A stretch of 64,000 nucleotides of DNA from a virus, in the IMG/VR virus record IMGVR_UViG_3300028025_000091, positions 32,001-96,000 of that record. One strand, written 5' to 3'. Shown in pieces: positions 48,489 to 56,883 of this stretch (its first letter is position 1; each line of letters begins with the position of its first letter). Both the position numbers and the translations under genes were made by a program. Below the pieces are notes generated by a model. That model saw only the letters and a program-made list of their open reading frames with translations, was not told where the DNA came from and searched no databases.

Positions 48489-49559
48489 ATGCCTAGTAGC
48501 TTTGTAGATTCAAGAATAAACCAAAACCTAGAAGTAGCAACAGAATACTTCAAGGCTCTTGTGTCTAAAAGGACCTATGATGCAGACAATAAATTGAATA
48601 CCGCTGCTGGGTCTTTAGGTTTTATTCCTTTTAACATGAATTTTACTATGGATGGAATAAGCGGTATTAAAATCTATAATAAATTATCCGTTGATACAAG
48701 TTTTTTACCTCCTGGATACACCAATACAATGGAATTTATAGTAACGGGAGTAGATCATAAAATACAAAACGGAGACTGGGAGACAAATATTAAAACTACT
48801 TTTATTCCAAAAACAGGTAAAATAGACAATTACATAACAAGTAGTCTTACCATCTTTGGTCAAGTTGAACAAGCACCCACTAATACACCCCCATCAGACC
48901 CAGGTGTAGTTTCAGGTACAGTCACAGATAATGATCTTTGGATATATTTAACTTGGCAACAAGGTGAGGGTGGTGCTGCAGAACATTATAAAATTGCTAA
49001 AGGAACTAGAGCTTCCTATAGTCTTGTTACAAAAGCAGCTATTAAAAACAACTGGCCTGGTAGTTTAGTAGCCTCTAATGGAGTTAAAAAATCAGATATT
49101 GATTCTTTATACACATCAAATCCTCAAAAATTATCTCAAGGTTTTATAGATGTTTGGAAAACACAATATAAATCAAGAACATCAACGGCCCCATCAAAGA
49201 TAGATAGTGCTGGATCAAATGAAGTTGGCCTTCCATACTCTACTATAAAAGCAGCATTCATTACCGCCGCTGATCCTTCAAATGGAATAGGATATTCAAA
49301 TCTTGTCAATTTTGCATATATAGAAAATTCTTTCCAAAATGATTCCGAAACTTCAAATCTATACCAAGGTATGTTCCAAATGAATAAAACTACTCCTAAA
49401 TATAAAGCAGTATTAGATAAATATAACGATGGTAAAGGACGTAATTCATCATATACTAAATATGGAACCTCAGATTTTACAGGTTTTATGAAAGATATAG
49501 TTCCATTAATAATCTCAAAATTTAAATCATTTAAAACCGCATCAGGTTACCCCAATTAA
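48489..49559 (+). CDS. Hub C-terminal module + lytic-transglycosylase-like domain (paralog 2)
   Basis: Shared N-terminus; YLTWQQGEGGA, AYIENSF and YQGMFQM motifs. Confidence 0.65.
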   Translation: MPSSFVDSRINQNLEVATEYFKALVSKRTYDADNKLNTAAGSLGFIPFNMNFTMDGISGIKIYNKLSVDTSFLPPGYTNTMEFIVTGVDHKIQNGDWETNIKTTFIPKTGKIDNYITSSLTIFGQVEQAPTNTPPSDPGVVSGTVTDNDLWIYLTWQQGEGGAAEHYKIAKGTRASYSLVTKAAIKNNWPGSLVASNGVKKSDIDSLYTSNPQKLSQGFIDVWKTQYKSRTSTAPSKIDSAGSNEVGLPYSTIKAAFITAADPSNGIGYSNLVNFAYIENSFQNDSETSNLYQGMFQMNKTTPKYKAVLDKYNDGKGRNSSYTKYGTSDFTGFMKDIVPLIISKFKSFKTASGYPN

Positions 49560-49570
49560 TAAAACTTTAT

Positions 49571-50488
49571 ATGCCTAGTAGCTTTGTAGATTCAAGAATA
49601 AACCAAAACCTAGAAGTAGCAACAGAATACTTCAAGGCTCTTGTGTCTGAGAAGACTTATGATATTAATAATAAATTAAATAAATCAGCGGGTTCTATAG
49701 GTTTCATCCCCTTTAATATTAATTTTACTATGGATGGAATAAGTGGTATTCAAATTTATAATCAATTATCTATTGATACAAGTTTTTTACCCCCTGGGTA
49801 TACTGATACTCTGGATTTCATAGTAACAGGGGTAGATCATAAAGTACAAAACGGAGATTGGGAAACAAATGTAAAAGTAACCCTTATCCCTAGCACCAAT
49901 CAGATAGACAATTCTATAACAAGTAGTCTTACTATCTTTGGTCAAGTTGAACAAGCACCTGCTACCCCATCATCAGGACCAACAGTAACAGCAACAGGGG
50001 CATGGAGGATTTGGAATAAAGGTATATTCATTACATCCCCATATGAATTAAATATCCACCATTCTGGTCCTGGTCAGGTTTTTGAAATAGATCCTTCAAA
50101 TACTAGAAGTGGAAAATGGTCAAAAAATTCTGTTGGAAAATACATTTATGATGTTTGCTTATTTAGAAACGAAGGTGGAATTGAACAAAATAGACCATTT
50201 GTTCCTTCCCCAACAAATGGAACTGTAATAAGTACATCCCCTGATTCTGGTGGAAATTCATTTTTCACTATCAAGGGAGATGATGGATTAATATATGATT
50301 TTCTTCATATGGATAATTATCAAGTAGGTGTAGGTGATAAAGTAACCAAAGGTCAATTAATTGCAAGACAAAGTGATGTCATGCAAGTAAGACCAGGATA
50401 CCCAAAAGCAAATCACTTACATATGCAGATGCCAACAAAACAAGCACTAATAGATTATATTAATAGTTTATTAAATAATAGTTTCTAA
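49571..50488 (+). CDS. Hub C-terminal module + M23 peptidase-like domain (paralog 3)
   Basis: Shared N-terminus; SPTNGTV, FLHM...VGVGDKVTKGQLI and HLH. Confidence 0.75.
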   Translation: MPSSFVDSRINQNLEVATEYFKALVSEKTYDINNKLNKSAGSIGFIPFNINFTMDGISGIQIYNQLSIDTSFLPPGYTDTLDFIVTGVDHKVQNGDWETNVKVTLIPSTNQIDNSITSSLTIFGQVEQAPATPSSGPTVTATGAWRIWNKGIFITSPYELNIHHSGPGQVFEIDPSNTRSGKWSKNSVGKYIYDVCLFRNEGGIEQNRPFVPSPTNGTVISTSPDSGGNSFFTIKGDDGLIYDFLHMDNYQVGVGDKVTKGQLIARQSDVMQVRPGYPKANHLHMQMPTKQALIDYINSLLNNSF

Positions 50489-50499
50489 TAGTTATAATC

Positions 50500-51141
50500 A
50501 TGGCATATTATCCAAAATCCCAAGTCAAAACTAATTTATATACCAATGGTAATGAATATGCTCTTAGTACCACACAACAAGAGTATACAGGATATTATTA
50601 TAAAACATCAAGTGGAAAACTATATACAGGAAAAAATCCACAAACAAACCCCACAATCCTTTTACAAATAATTACTCCTACATTAGATGATGTCCCTTCT
50701 AATGACTCTCTACAACCCCAATCATCTATTAATCCCATACCAAGATCATCTAATAATATACAAATAGTTAATAATTCCCCATCATCAATTGACTATCGCC
50801 CAGGAAATGCTGTAGACCGTGTTATCCCACAATTTAATGTAACCCTACCAACTGCTTCAGATAAACAAAGAGGATTCCTTATTCGCTATTTCTGCAAAAA
50901 GAATAATGAACTAATCTACTTTGAAACTTCCCAAGCAGACTATGATAGAATTAAAAGCCAAGACCCATCAACCGCATATGATTTATATTCAGTTGCTGCA
51001 CTTAAATGGTATATAACTGGAATTACCACTCAAGTTGCTAATCAAAATATATCCCAAGTCAACCAAACATCAGCGGCAAACGGATGGTTAGGTTTTATTC
51101 AATATTTCCAAGGAGACTTTACTAAATACTTGGGAACTTAA
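50500..51141 (+). CDS. Hypothetical baseplate-region protein
   Basis: YYPKSQ..TNLYTNGNE...Y.GYY and RYFCKK.NE; last gene of the tail block. Confidence 0.65.
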   Translation: MAYYPKSQVKTNLYTNGNEYALSTTQQEYTGYYYKTSSGKLYTGKNPQTNPTILLQIITPTLDDVPSNDSLQPQSSINPIPRSSNNIQIVNNSPSSIDYRPGNAVDRVIPQFNVTLPTASDKQRGFLIRYFCKKNNELIYFETSQADYDRIKSQDPSTAYDLYSVAALKWYITGITTQVANQNISQVNQTSAANGWLGFIQYFQGDFTKYLGT

Positions 51142-51160
51142 TATATAGTTTGTATCTTCA
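51129..51160 (+). promoter_or_regulatory. Bacteroidota-like promoter CTTG-N20-TATCTTCA
   Basis: Lies upstream of the polymerase ATG 51165. Confidence 0.5.
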
Positions 51161-51164
51161 AAGC

Positions 51165-52415
51165 ATGTATTGGCTCATAGAAGATATTGAACATATAGAA
51201 ACAATTTGTCGCATTAAGCACCAAGAGGCTTATGTAGACATTATTCCATGTTCACATACACTTCACCCTGTTGAAAACGAAGTATGTGCTATATATATTA
51301 GACCAAAAAATGATACAAAAGGATACATCATTGCTATAAACCATAGCGAAACAATAAACTTTGATTTAGAGGTAGTAGAAAGAGTATTAAACAGTATTGA
51401 AAATATTTATGTAAGGGATAGAAAAGAATTTTTACATTACTTCCCAATCAAGCACTGTTACCAACCATCACCCTCCCCCCATACGTATATACCTCAATTA
51501 ACACAAGCCCACACTCAGTTATATCATAGGTACCCACAAGTACAAAATCTAAACACAATTGTACCGATCGTAAAACACTATGAGGTATGTGAACAAAACT
51601 TTGCAAACTACGACAAAACAAACCTAAATCCGTTTTACAATAAGGCGGCATTAGTGTTTAATCAACTCGAACGAGCGGGTATAAAAGTGGATCAAATCAA
51701 ATTCGAGCAGTACTTCGACAAAGAAGCAAACGAGTTTATATACACGCAATATAATTTAAATACATTAACCACAAGACCTTCAAACGCATTTGGAGGCATT
51801 AACTTTTCAGCTTTAGATAAAAACAATGGAGAAAGAGAATGTTTCATACCGCGCAACAATTCGTTTATTGAAATGGATATTAGTGCTTACCATCCTACCC
51901 TTCTTGCTAATTTACTTGATTACACTTTCGATAGCAGTGATATCCATGGTAGTTTTGCTAAAATGTATGGAGTGGATTACGCCAAAGCAAAAGAGATCAC
52001 GTTTAAACAAATTTATGGTGGAATTTGGAAAGAGTATAGGGAACTTCCCTTCTTTAGAAAAGTAACAGCATATACGGACGATTTGTGGGATACATTCAAT
52101 TATGGGGGACACATCAAATGCCCAATTTCAGATCATAAGTTTTATAGCAAAGAACTGGAAAACATGAATCCACAAAAACTTTTGAATTATGTACTCCAAA
52201 ACTTGGAGACCGCAAATAATGTTTGTATACTATACGATATTTTTAAAATATTACGAGGGAAAAATACTAAACTCGTGTTGTATGTGTATGATTCGTTTTT
52301 ATTTGATTACGATAATAGTGAACCGGATGTAATGCTTAAAATATTAGGAATATTTAACAAATACAATTTACAAATAAAAACCAAAAAAGGCACAAACTAC
52401 GCCAATATAAAATAA
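51165..52415 (+). CDS. polA: Compact family A DNA polymerase
   Basis: TTRPS, motif A EMDISAYHP, motif B AKEITFKQIYGG, NYVLQ and motif C YVYDSFLFD. ATG 51165 is preferred. Confidence 0.8.
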   Translation: MYWLIEDIEHIETICRIKHQEAYVDIIPCSHTLHPVENEVCAIYIRPKNDTKGYIIAINHSETINFDLEVVERVLNSIENIYVRDRKEFLHYFPIKHCYQPSPSPHTYIPQLTQAHTQLYHRYPQVQNLNTIVPIVKHYEVCEQNFANYDKTNLNPFYNKAALVFNQLERAGIKVDQIKFEQYFDKEANEFIYTQYNLNTLTTRPSNAFGGINFSALDKNNGERECFIPRNNSFIEMDISAYHPTLLANLLDYTFDSSDIHGSFAKMYGVDYAKAKEITFKQIYGGIWKEYRELPFFRKVTAYTDDLWDTFNYGGHIKCPISDHKFYSKELENMNPQKLLNYVLQNLETANNVCILYDIFKILRGKNTKLVLYVYDSFLFDYDNSEPDVMLKILGIFNKYNLQIKTKKGTNYANIK

Positions 52416-52420
52416 AAGTT

Positions 52421-52882
52421 ATGTACAACACTCTTGAACAACCTCGTCATATGTATGATCAATACGACTATGATTCTACATTTGAAAATCTATTAATGAA
52501 TAACAGACTGTTTTGTACTTTTACTGCTTTGGCGGATTTGGAGGAGTTGGTGAGTGAATTATCAAGTCGTTATGTTATCATGTATGATAAAATGTTTGTA
52601 TTGCATATCAAAAGCAATAACGAGTATGTTGTAACATATAATGTAGATCAAGGAAATGTAAATGACATTCCCGACAATACAATTCTGGTACACAGAAAAA
52701 AAGAATCAAATACACTTTACACAATCAATGCTTTAAACGAATTAATCAAAAGATTAAATGGTGGAGTAGTTGACACACATTTCCCAGTGAATTGGCAACA
52801 TTATAAAAATTGTATATTGTTGACCCAACACAATGAAATTAAGCAACTTAATACAAAGATTTTTAAGATCGTTGAATTATAG
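52421..52882 (+). CDS. Conserved hypothetical protein in the replication module
   Basis: NRLFCTF, TYNVD and HRKKESNTLYTINALN; lies between polymerase and SSB. Confidence 0.7.
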   Translation: MYNTLEQPRHMYDQYDYDSTFENLLMNNRLFCTFTALADLEELVSELSSRYVIMYDKMFVLHIKSNNEYVVTYNVDQGNVNDIPDNTILVHRKKESNTLYTINALNELIKRLNGGVVDTHFPVNWQHYKNCILLTQHNEIKQLNTKIFKIVEL

Positions 52883-52913
52883 TTGGTTTCCCAAATAAAG
52901 GTTATTATATTCA
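52882..52913 (+). promoter_or_regulatory. Bacteroidota-like promoter GTTG-N20-TATATTCA
   Basis: Lies upstream of the SSB gene. Confidence 0.55.
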
Positions 52914-52939
52914 AGTTGTAAACAAATAAAAAGTTATAT

Positions 52940-53767
52940 ATGAATCTAGATGCAATCAAGAAAAAACTTGAGTCTATGCAGTCTAAACCTTCATCAGGTG
53001 GTGGCTCAACCAATCAGACAAAGCGATTTAAACCGCAGATTGGAAAACAAACGGTACGTGTTGTTCCGTTCAAATACAACAAAGAATTTCCATTCACGGA
53101 AATGAAATTTTACTATGGTATCGGAAGCAAAAAAGTGATCGCATCTCCATTAAACTGGGGTGAGAAAGATCCAATTGCTGAGTTTGCAAAACAATTGCGT
53201 GGTACAAATGACAAAGAAAACTGGCGTTTGGCTAAGAAATTAGATCCGAAAGTTCGTATCTTTGCTCCTGTAATCATTCGTGGACAAGAGTCTGAAGGTG
53301 TTCATATGTGGGAATTTGGTAAAGAAATTTACGAAGCGTTCTTGCAAATGGCAGCTGACGAGGAAGTAGGAGACTTTACAGACATCATGACTGGTCGTGA
53401 TATCAAATTGGTTACTGTAGGACCTGAATCAACTGGAACTGTCTATAATAAGACAACAATTCAACCATCTATGAAAATGTCATCATTATCAGATGATGAT
53501 AAAGAATTGGAATTGTGGTTAGAGGATCAAGTTAATCCAAAAGAGTCTTACAAAATGTTACCATTTGATGAGATTAAAGCAGCGTTACAAGAATGGTTAA
53601 ATCCTGAGGATGCAGCAGAAGAAGAATTTCCTGCAGATGGTAAACCACTTGTAAAAGAAGAACCACAATCAAATTACAGCCTATCAACTAAACCAGCGGC
53701 TAAAAAATCAAAAGCAGATTCATTTGACGAACTGTTTGATGACGAAGACGACGATCTACCATTTTAA
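52940..53767 (+). CDS. Single-stranded DNA-binding protein (T4 gp32-like)
   Basis: VRVVP, DPIAE, WEFGKEIY, DFTD..TGRDI and acidic DDLPF tail. Confidence 0.85.
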   Translation: MNLDAIKKKLESMQSKPSSGGGSTNQTKRFKPQIGKQTVRVVPFKYNKEFPFTEMKFYYGIGSKKVIASPLNWGEKDPIAEFAKQLRGTNDKENWRLAKKLDPKVRIFAPVIIRGQESEGVHMWEFGKEIYEAFLQMAADEEVGDFTDIMTGRDIKLVTVGPESTGTVYNKTTIQPSMKMSSLSDDDKELELWLEDQVNPKESYKMLPFDEIKAALQEWLNPEDAAEEEFPADGKPLVKEEPQSNYSLSTKPAAKKSKADSFDELFDDEDDDLPF

Positions 53768-53774
53768 TTAGATT

Positions 53775-54863
53775 ATGGCTAAGACAACAAGAAAATCACT
53801 AACTGAAGCGGCTAGTAAGGAACTGAAGACCGCTTTCAGTTTAGACAAATTCAAGGCAAATAAGGGTTTAGCGTCAAATGTTAAATTCAAAGATCAAAAA
53901 TGGATCCCATTTTCGCCTGCTTTACAAGAAGCACTTTCCATTCCTGGTATTCCTATGGGTCATAACTCAATGGTTCGAGGAAAATCAAACACTGGAAAAT
54001 CTACTATGACCATTGAGGTAGCAGTTAATGCTCAAAAAATGGGAATTTTGCCTGTATTGATCGTTACAGAGATGAAACACGATTGGAATCACTGGAAAAC
54101 AATGGGGTTTGAAATCGATGATGTTGTTGATGAGGAAACAGGTGAAATATTAGATCAAACTGGATTCTTTATTTACCGAGATAGAAGCTCATTAAATTCA
54201 ATTGAAGATATTGCAGCGTTTATTATCGATCTATTAACAGAACAGAAAAAAGGTAATTTACCATACGATCTACTATTCATTTGGGACTCAGTTGGTTCAA
54301 TTCCATGTCAAATGTCAATTGAGCAAGGTAAAAATAACCCAATGTGGAACGCAGGAGCTATCGCAACTCAATTCGGGAATTTTATCAATCAACAGATTGT
54401 AATGTCTCGTAAGGAAAGCTCAAAATACACGAATACATTGTTTATTGTGAACAAAGTAGGTGTTGCTCCGGCTCTAACTCCAATGTCACAACCTAGAATG
54501 ACAAACAAAGGTGGAGATACGTTCTACTATGATGTTTCATTATGTTTAACATTTGGTAACGTTACAAACGCTGGTACTTCTAAAATTAACGCTGTTAAGG
54601 ACAAGAAGAAAGTTGAATTTGCACTGCGTACAAAGATTGCTTGTGATAAAAACCACATCAATGGAATTACTACAATGGGAACTATTGTTTCAACAGTACA
54701 CGGATTTATTAAAGATGATCCAAATGCGATTAAAAAGTACAAAGATGCACACACTAGCGAATGGGCTGACATTTTAGGACAAGGTACATACTCTGTACAA
54801 GAAGACAATAGTGAATGGGACGAGAAAGCCCCAACACCAGATTTATTTGAAAACGAAGATTAA
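53775..54863 (+). CDS. uvsX: RecA/UvsX-like recombinase
   Basis: PGIPMG, RGKSNTGKST Walker A, WDSVGS Walker B, KGG and KNHING. Confidence 0.85.
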   Translation: MAKTTRKSLTEAASKELKTAFSLDKFKANKGLASNVKFKDQKWIPFSPALQEALSIPGIPMGHNSMVRGKSNTGKSTMTIEVAVNAQKMGILPVLIVTEMKHDWNHWKTMGFEIDDVVDEETGEILDQTGFFIYRDRSSLNSIEDIAAFIIDLLTEQKKGNLPYDLLFIWDSVGSIPCQMSIEQGKNNPMWNAGAIATQFGNFINQQIVMSRKESSKYTNTLFIVNKVGVAPALTPMSQPRMTNKGGDTFYYDVSLCLTFGNVTNAGTSKINAVKDKKKVEFALRTKIACDKNHINGITTMGTIVSTVHGFIKDDPNAIKKYKDAHTSEWADILGQGTYSVQEDNSEWDEKAPTPDLFENED

Positions 54864-54864
54864 T

Positions 54865-55896
54865 ATGAAAAAAGACCTCTTAAACCTCTTAGACAACATA
54901 CAAGAACACGGGGACGAAACCCCACAATCGGAGCGCTACTTGCTTATCGATGGACTCAATCTTTTCTTTAGAAATTTTAGTGCTATCAATGCCGTTAACT
55001 CAAACGGAGTCCATATAGGGGGTTTAGGAGGATTTTTTCGATCTTTGGGAGCTTTAATTCGCACCATCCAACCAACACAAGTTTATGTAGTGTTTGATGG
55101 TGTGGGTTCCTCCAACAATAGAAAAAACATTATCCCCGAATACAAATCAAACCGAAATGTATCTCGAGTAACTAAACATGAATTATTTGATAGTTTGGAA
55201 GAGGAAGACGATTCCAAAGTAGACCAAATCGTTCGCATCATCCAATACTTAAAAACGTTACCTGTTAAAACAGTATCGTTACCTAGAGTAGAAGCAGATG
55301 ATATTATCGCTTATTTAAGTGATACATTACTTACAAACCCTGAAGACAGAGCATTCATAGTATCCAGTGATAAAGATTATTTACAGTTGGTAAGCGATCA
55401 AGTAATTGTTTATCGTCCGATTGAAAAAGAATATTACACAACAGATACTGTAAGAGAAAAATTCAATGTATCTCCAAACAACTTTTTACTTTACAAGTTG
55501 CTAATGGGTGATAGCTCTGATGGTGTAACAGGTATTAAAGGATTAGGGGCAAAAGGATTATTCAAGAAATTCCCCGAACTATCAACAAGAGATCTATCAT
55601 TTGATGATTTGATCGACATTGCTGAAGCAAAATTAAAAGAACACGTAGTTTATGCAAGAGTATTACACGATATCCCATTGCTAGAAGACAAATACAGAGT
55701 TATGGACTTATCTAATCCTATGATGAGTGATAAAGATAAGATGTTTATCGACAAGTTTGTTGAAGAAACACATTTGCAATTCCTACCTCACACATTCGTT
55801 GAAATGTGTAATGAAGATCAACTTGGAAACTTAATTCGAAATACTGAATTTTGGGTTCAAGATATCTTTAAAGAATTGTTGGAAAACCAACAATAA
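54865..55896 (+). CDS. 5'-3' exonuclease/flap endonuclease (T4 RNase H-like)
   Basis: LIDGLNLFFR, VVFDG, YKSNR, EADDII, SSDKDYLQL and GDSSDGVTGIKGLG. Confidence 0.9.
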   Translation: MKKDLLNLLDNIQEHGDETPQSERYLLIDGLNLFFRNFSAINAVNSNGVHIGGLGGFFRSLGALIRTIQPTQVYVVFDGVGSSNNRKNIIPEYKSNRNVSRVTKHELFDSLEEEDDSKVDQIVRIIQYLKTLPVKTVSLPRVEADDIIAYLSDTLLTNPEDRAFIVSSDKDYLQLVSDQVIVYRPIEKEYYTTDTVREKFNVSPNNFLLYKLLMGDSSDGVTGIKGLGAKGLFKKFPELSTRDLSFDDLIDIAEAKLKEHVVYARVLHDIPLLEDKYRVMDLSNPMMSDKDKMFIDKFVEETHLQFLPHTFVEMCNEDQLGNLIRNTEFWVQDIFKELLENQQ

Positions 55897-55944
55897 GTTA
55901 TTATGTTGAAGAAAAATAAGAGTTATATTTAAACAACAAGAACA

Positions 55945-56169
55945 ATGAAAATAAAAATAACAATTAGACAAAGAATAAAGGCATTTTTTATGTTGATAAA
56001 AAGCAAAAGTACTTTAGCGTATGTTATTGATTTAGAAGAACGATGTAAAAAAGCCAATTTTGCACCATTTAGTTTAAGAGTACCGCAAGAAGGTGAATAT
56101 TTTGCTTGGAATGAAGAAACAATACAAAATGCTGAAAATTGGCTCAAAACAAAAATTAAATCAATCTAG
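55945..56169 (+). CDS. Small hypothetical protein (cassette 1)
   Basis: The ATG lies within repeat copy 1. Confidence 0.55.
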   Translation: MKIKITIRQRIKAFFMLIKSKSTLAYVIDLEERCKKANFAPFSLRVPQEGEYFAWNEETIQNAENWLKTKIKSI

Positions 56170-56244
56170 TTTATATAAGGTGAAAAATCCATTAAATAAT
56201 AACTTTAAACAACAAGAACAATGAAACCTTTAAATCAGAATAAG

Positions 56245-56439
56245 ATGGAGAAGCCAAAGCAATTAATTGAAGTAAACTTAGATGAATTAAGAAAGATTTG
56301 CCAAGAGTATGTTGACTTTGTTGATAGTGATGATGAATACTATGAGGACAACAATTATGACCAATACATTTTTGGAAGAGCGATGGTGGCTTTATACGGG
56401 AAAGATGTATTTAATTGGATTAACGAACGTAGAGATTAA
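56245..56439 (+). CDS. Small hypothetical protein (cassette 2)
   Basis: Start is at 56245 (MEKPKQ) or 56221 (in repeat copy 2). Confidence 0.6.
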   Translation: MEKPKQLIEVNLDELRKICQEYVDFVDSDDEYYEDNNYDQYIFGRAMVALYGKDVFNWINERRD

Positions 56440-56449
56440 ACTTTAAATA

Positions 56450-56836
56450 ATGAAAGTAAGTGAGTTAAGAATTGGAAACTTATTGAGAGATAAAGTAACC
56501 AAAACCGAATTAAGAGTAACCAAATTAACAGAGCAAGATATTGTTACCTATGTTATTGACAGGTCAATGTTTCCCTTACAAGATGGTTGGGGAATTGAAC
56601 CAATCCCACTAACCGAAGAACGGTTGTTAAAGTTTGGGTTTGAAGATGACAGAGATAATCTAATGATACTTAGAAAAGGTGTTTTTGAGTTCTATTTCGA
56701 TAAAGTTGATAAAGATGGTATTAGTCTTTATGAAAAATGGGATGGTAATTTTTTATGTAATGTTGAATATGTTCATGAATTTCAAAACCTACACTTTGCA
56801 TTAACAGGAGAAGAACTTAAACAACAAGAACAATAA
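56450..56836 (+). CDS. Small hypothetical protein of a common Bacteroidota-phage type (cassette 3)
   Basis: ELRIGN...EPIPLTEE.LLKFGF...YVHEFQNLHFALTGEEL; ends LKQQEQ, encoded by repeat copy 3. Confidence 0.7.
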   Translation: MKVSELRIGNLLRDKVTKTELRVTKLTEQDIVTYVIDRSMFPLQDGWGIEPIPLTEERLLKFGFEDDRDNLMILRKGVFEFYFDKVDKDGISLYEKWDGNFLCNVEYVHEFQNLHFALTGEELKQQEQ

Positions 56837-56883
56837 AAACATGACATTTCCAATTGTTGTTAATATGTATAATAAAACAACAT

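Larger units (their letters stand above)
47474..49960 (+). repeat. Three diverged direct repeats of ~390 bp (5' parts of the three paralogs)
   Basis: Copies start at 47474, 48489 and 49571; copies 2 and 3 are identical for the first 78 nt. Confidence 0.95.
55929..56834 (+). repeat. Three copies of the 18-bp direct repeat TTAAACAACAAGAACAAT at gene junctions
   Basis: Exact copies at 55929-55946, 56205-56222 and 56817-56834. Confidence 0.9.

Noticed and set aside
47474-50488. Diversity-generating retroelement or invertase shufflon
   Set aside because: There is no reverse transcriptase or site-specific recombinase in the window, the differences are not adenine-specific, and all copies are in direct orientation.
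47474-50488. Triplication as an assembly artefact
   Set aside because: The copies differ at many synonymous and non-synonymous sites and have distinct intergenic spacers and intact ORFs. It is unlikely, although only reads can exclude it.
55929-56834. 18-bp repeats as a CRISPR array
   Set aside because: The spacing is hundreds of bp, unequal, and contains ORFs.
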